From positions 186,001 to 250,000 of the forward strand of contig NW_027590121.1 in assembly GCF_964213995.1 (NCBI RefSeq): a DNA stretch of 64,000 nucleotides. Reading direction: 5' to 3'. This DNA is from Mustelus asterias. Its lineage: Eukaryota. The notes under the pieces were generated by a model that was not told the origin of the DNA, ran no database searches, and saw only the letters and a program-made list of their open reading frames with translations. A program made the translations under genes and the position numbers. This document shows positions 60,996 through 64,000 of the stretch, in pieces; position 1 is the first letter of the stretch, and the number at the start of each line of letters is the position of its first letter.

Positions 60996-62314
60996 CCCTG
61001 CTAACTTCCCGAACTAATAAATGAAAGAGAAAAGAAAAAGAAAAAGAAAGCTCACCTGCTCTCACGCAGAGTCTTTTTTTTTAGGTTAGAGGAGGAGGGA
61101 GGGTGGGAGACTCTACACGTGTAGAGTCTCGGGTTACCTCCCCGTTCAAATTTAGTGGGCAAAAAAAAAACCGTCCCAGGTCTCCCTACGGCTGACTTCC
61201 GGTTTCCTGTTTCTCAGGAAAAAAACAACTCCGAAAAAAGTAAGTAAAAATAAATTCAGCTTATCTTCCAGTTCTGCCCTCCAAAAATCACTCCCCTCTC
61301 TGCCCGCTTCACCGGAAGAATAGGGCACGTTCACAACCGCAGGGGCACCTGGGAATTAACAGCGCCATTGTCAATCAAAGACATAATAGAAAATTATCTT
61401 GTGCAATTGAGATCAATTAATTTTTAAAAATACATTCCTCTGAATTTGTGCACTGCCATTCTCTATTTCTAAAATTGATTTAAACCAGTGCTCTCCTGTG
61501 GGAATACCCCGAGTTTTTAAAACATTTCTCACTGGTTTCCCCCCTCCCCCCCCCTCTCTGCTCTCCTGAAGGTGCTCATACTGATTGGGTAAATCCCCCA
61601 GAAACTGGTTTATTTCACTTTCTTTCTCCTGAGACTGAATATTCTGTTTTATGCAATGATACATCACAGATGGAAACCATTTGGCTCACGTTTCCATGCT
61701 GTAAACCTCTGTGACTCTATCCTGCCCAGCCGGGCTCTCTTTAAGATCGATCCAATTAATTCCACAGCCTTGCTGGCAGAGTCAGAACAATGTATATTTA
61801 CTGCAGCAATGCAGGAGGTAAATAGAGAATGTTTTTCGTTGTATATTTCTCAGACACACACCCCTGGAAAGATCAATCGGCCGGTGTACCAAGCAAATAT
61901 TAAGGTTCCACTTAAAATTAAAACAGAAGGTACAGAGAAAAAACAGCAGTTACCAGGGCCGAGTTGATGGTCAAAATGATGGTGCTGAGTTGCCTTTAGA
62001 AAATAACCAGCAATCCAACAAGTCACTCACAATATTGAATCAAACAAAATTGATCAAAGATTCAGATAAAGTATTCTGTTTTCCAACATGATGCTGTGAT
62101 ATTTTGTGATGGTTTCAATGTTCTCAAAATTACTTGGTGTAGTCCTGGTTTATTTAATACTCACTCCCACCCATCGCTGTCCATGAAGCACATTACCCCC
62201 ACTCTGATTCTCCATCCCATCAGAGACAACTCAGTCACTGACTGGAAATTAGGGCTTTTAATGAGAGCTCTGATAACCGAGAATGCACCGTAGGCAAAAT
62301 CAACCCGAGCTAAC

Positions 62315-64000
62315 AAACCCCAGACAGTGAACATTATCTCCCAGACCCGAATATAAAACAGTGAACATTATCCCCCCCAGACCCAAATATAAAACAGTGA
62401 ACATTATCCCCCCCAGACCCGAATATAAAACAGTGAACATTATCCCCCCCCAGACCCGAATATAAAACAGTGAACATTATCCCCCAGACCCGAATATAAA
62501 ACAGTGAACATTATCTCCCCCAGACCCGAATATAAAACAGTGAACATTATCCCCCAGACCGAATATAAAACAGTGAACATTATCCCCCCCAGACCCAAAT
62601 AAAGAACAGTGAACATTATCCCCCAGACCCGAATATAAAACAGTGAACATTATCCCCCCCAGACCCGAATATAAAACAGTGAACATTATCCCCCAGACCC
62701 GAATATAAAACAGTGAACATTATCCCCCAGACCTGAATATAAAACAGTGAACATTATCCCCCCCAGACCCGAATATAAAACAGTGAACATTATCCCCCCC
62801 CAGACCGAATATAAAACAGTGAACATTATCCCCCCCAGACCCAAATAAAGAACAGTGAACATTATCCCCCAGACCCGAATATAAAACAGTGAACATTATC
62901 CCCCCCAGACCCGAATATAAAACAGTGAACATTATCCCCCAGACCCGAATATAAAACAGTGAACATTATCCCCCAGACCTGAATATAAAACAGTGAACAT
63001 TATCCCCCCCAGACCCGAATATAAAACAGTGAACATTATCTCCCAGACCCGAAAATAAAACAATGAACATTATCCTCCCCAGACCCGAATATAAAACAGT
63101 GAACATTATCCCCCCCAGACCCGAATCTAAAACAGTGAACATTATCCCCCAGACCCGAATATAAAACAGTGAACATTATCCTCCCCAGACCCGAATATAA
63201 AACAGTGAACATTATCTCCCAGACCCAAATATAAAACAGTGAACATTATCCCCCAGACCCGAATATAAAACAGTGAACATTATCCCCCAGACCCGAATAT
63301 AAAACAGTGAACATTATCCCCCCGAGACCCGAATATAAAACAGTGAACATTGTCCCCCCCAGACCCGAATATAAAACAGTGAACATTATCCCCCAGATCC
63401 GAATATAAAACAGTGAACATTATCCCCCCCCCAGACCCGAATATAAAACAGTGAACATTATCCCCCAGACCCGAATATAAAACAGTGAACATTATCCCCC
63501 CCAGACCCGAATATAAAACAGGGAACATTATCCCCCAGACCCAAATATAAAACAGTGAACATTATCACCCCCAGACCCGAATATGAAACAGTGAACATTA
63601 TCCCCCCCATACCCGAATATAAAACAGTGAACATTATCCCCCAGACCCGAATATAAAACAGTGAACATTATCCCCCAGACCCGAATATAAAACAGTGAAC
63701 ATTATCCCCCCCAGACCCGAATATAAAACAGTGAACATTATCCCCCCCAGACCCGAATATAAAACAGTGAATATTATCCCCCCCAGACCCGAATATAAAA
63801 CAGTGAACATTATCCCCCCCAGACCCGAATATGAAACAGTGAACATTATCACCCCCAGACCCAAATATGAAACAGTGAACATTATCACCCCCAGACCCGA
63901 ATATAAAAGTGAACATTATCCCCCAGACCCAAATATAAAACAGTGAACATTCTCCCCCAGACCCGAATATAAAACAGTGAACATTATCCCCCCCAGACTC
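62315..64000. repeat. Tandem array, 34-36 bp unit, about 48 copies, running off the window
   Basis: CCCGAATATAAAACAGTGAACATTAT(C)5-9AGA. Confidence 0.98.

Larger units (their letters stand above)
57106..61215 (-). mobile_element. Near full-length CR1 LINE
   Basis: ORF1 and ORF2 with 5' UTR and (TTCTATG)n tail at 57106-57122. Confidence 0.95.

Noticed and set aside
62477-63946. Repetitive ORFs in the terminal array, and a possible CRISPR reading
   Set aside because: ORFs are translations of 36-bp units; no unique spacers or cas genes; vertebrate context

Overview
Repeat-rich vertebrate DNA, most likely from a cartilaginous fish (shark): it carries HE1/V-SINE-like SINEs, esterase-ORF1 CR1 LINEs and Penelope fragments. 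The left ~11 kb holds two T-cell receptor alpha/delta-type V segments on the + strand. One is a pseudogene at 5.25-5.69 kb. The other is intact at 10.30-10.79 kb, with a leader exon, a CRE/TATA promoter and a near-perfect 23-bp-spacer RSS. Three CTCF motifs lie among them, and a degenerate tRNA-Pro with an intron-like insert follows. From 11.5 to 57 kb lies a cluster of seven C2H2 zinc-finger arrays plus one decayed copy and orphan exon remnants, with no recognisable KRAB/SCAN/BTB domain. The paralogs share a CpG promoter cassette, a splice acceptor, fossil fingers with a shared TGA upstream of the start codon, an atypical conserved first finger and a conserved 3' UTR. Between the genes are many CR1 fragments, one near full-length CR1, RTE, Rex/Babar and L2-like LINE pieces, a solo LTR, and Penelope termini carrying minimal hammerhead ribozymes. 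The window ends in a 34-36 bp tandem array. TE boundaries were read by eye and are approximate; no database searches were run.
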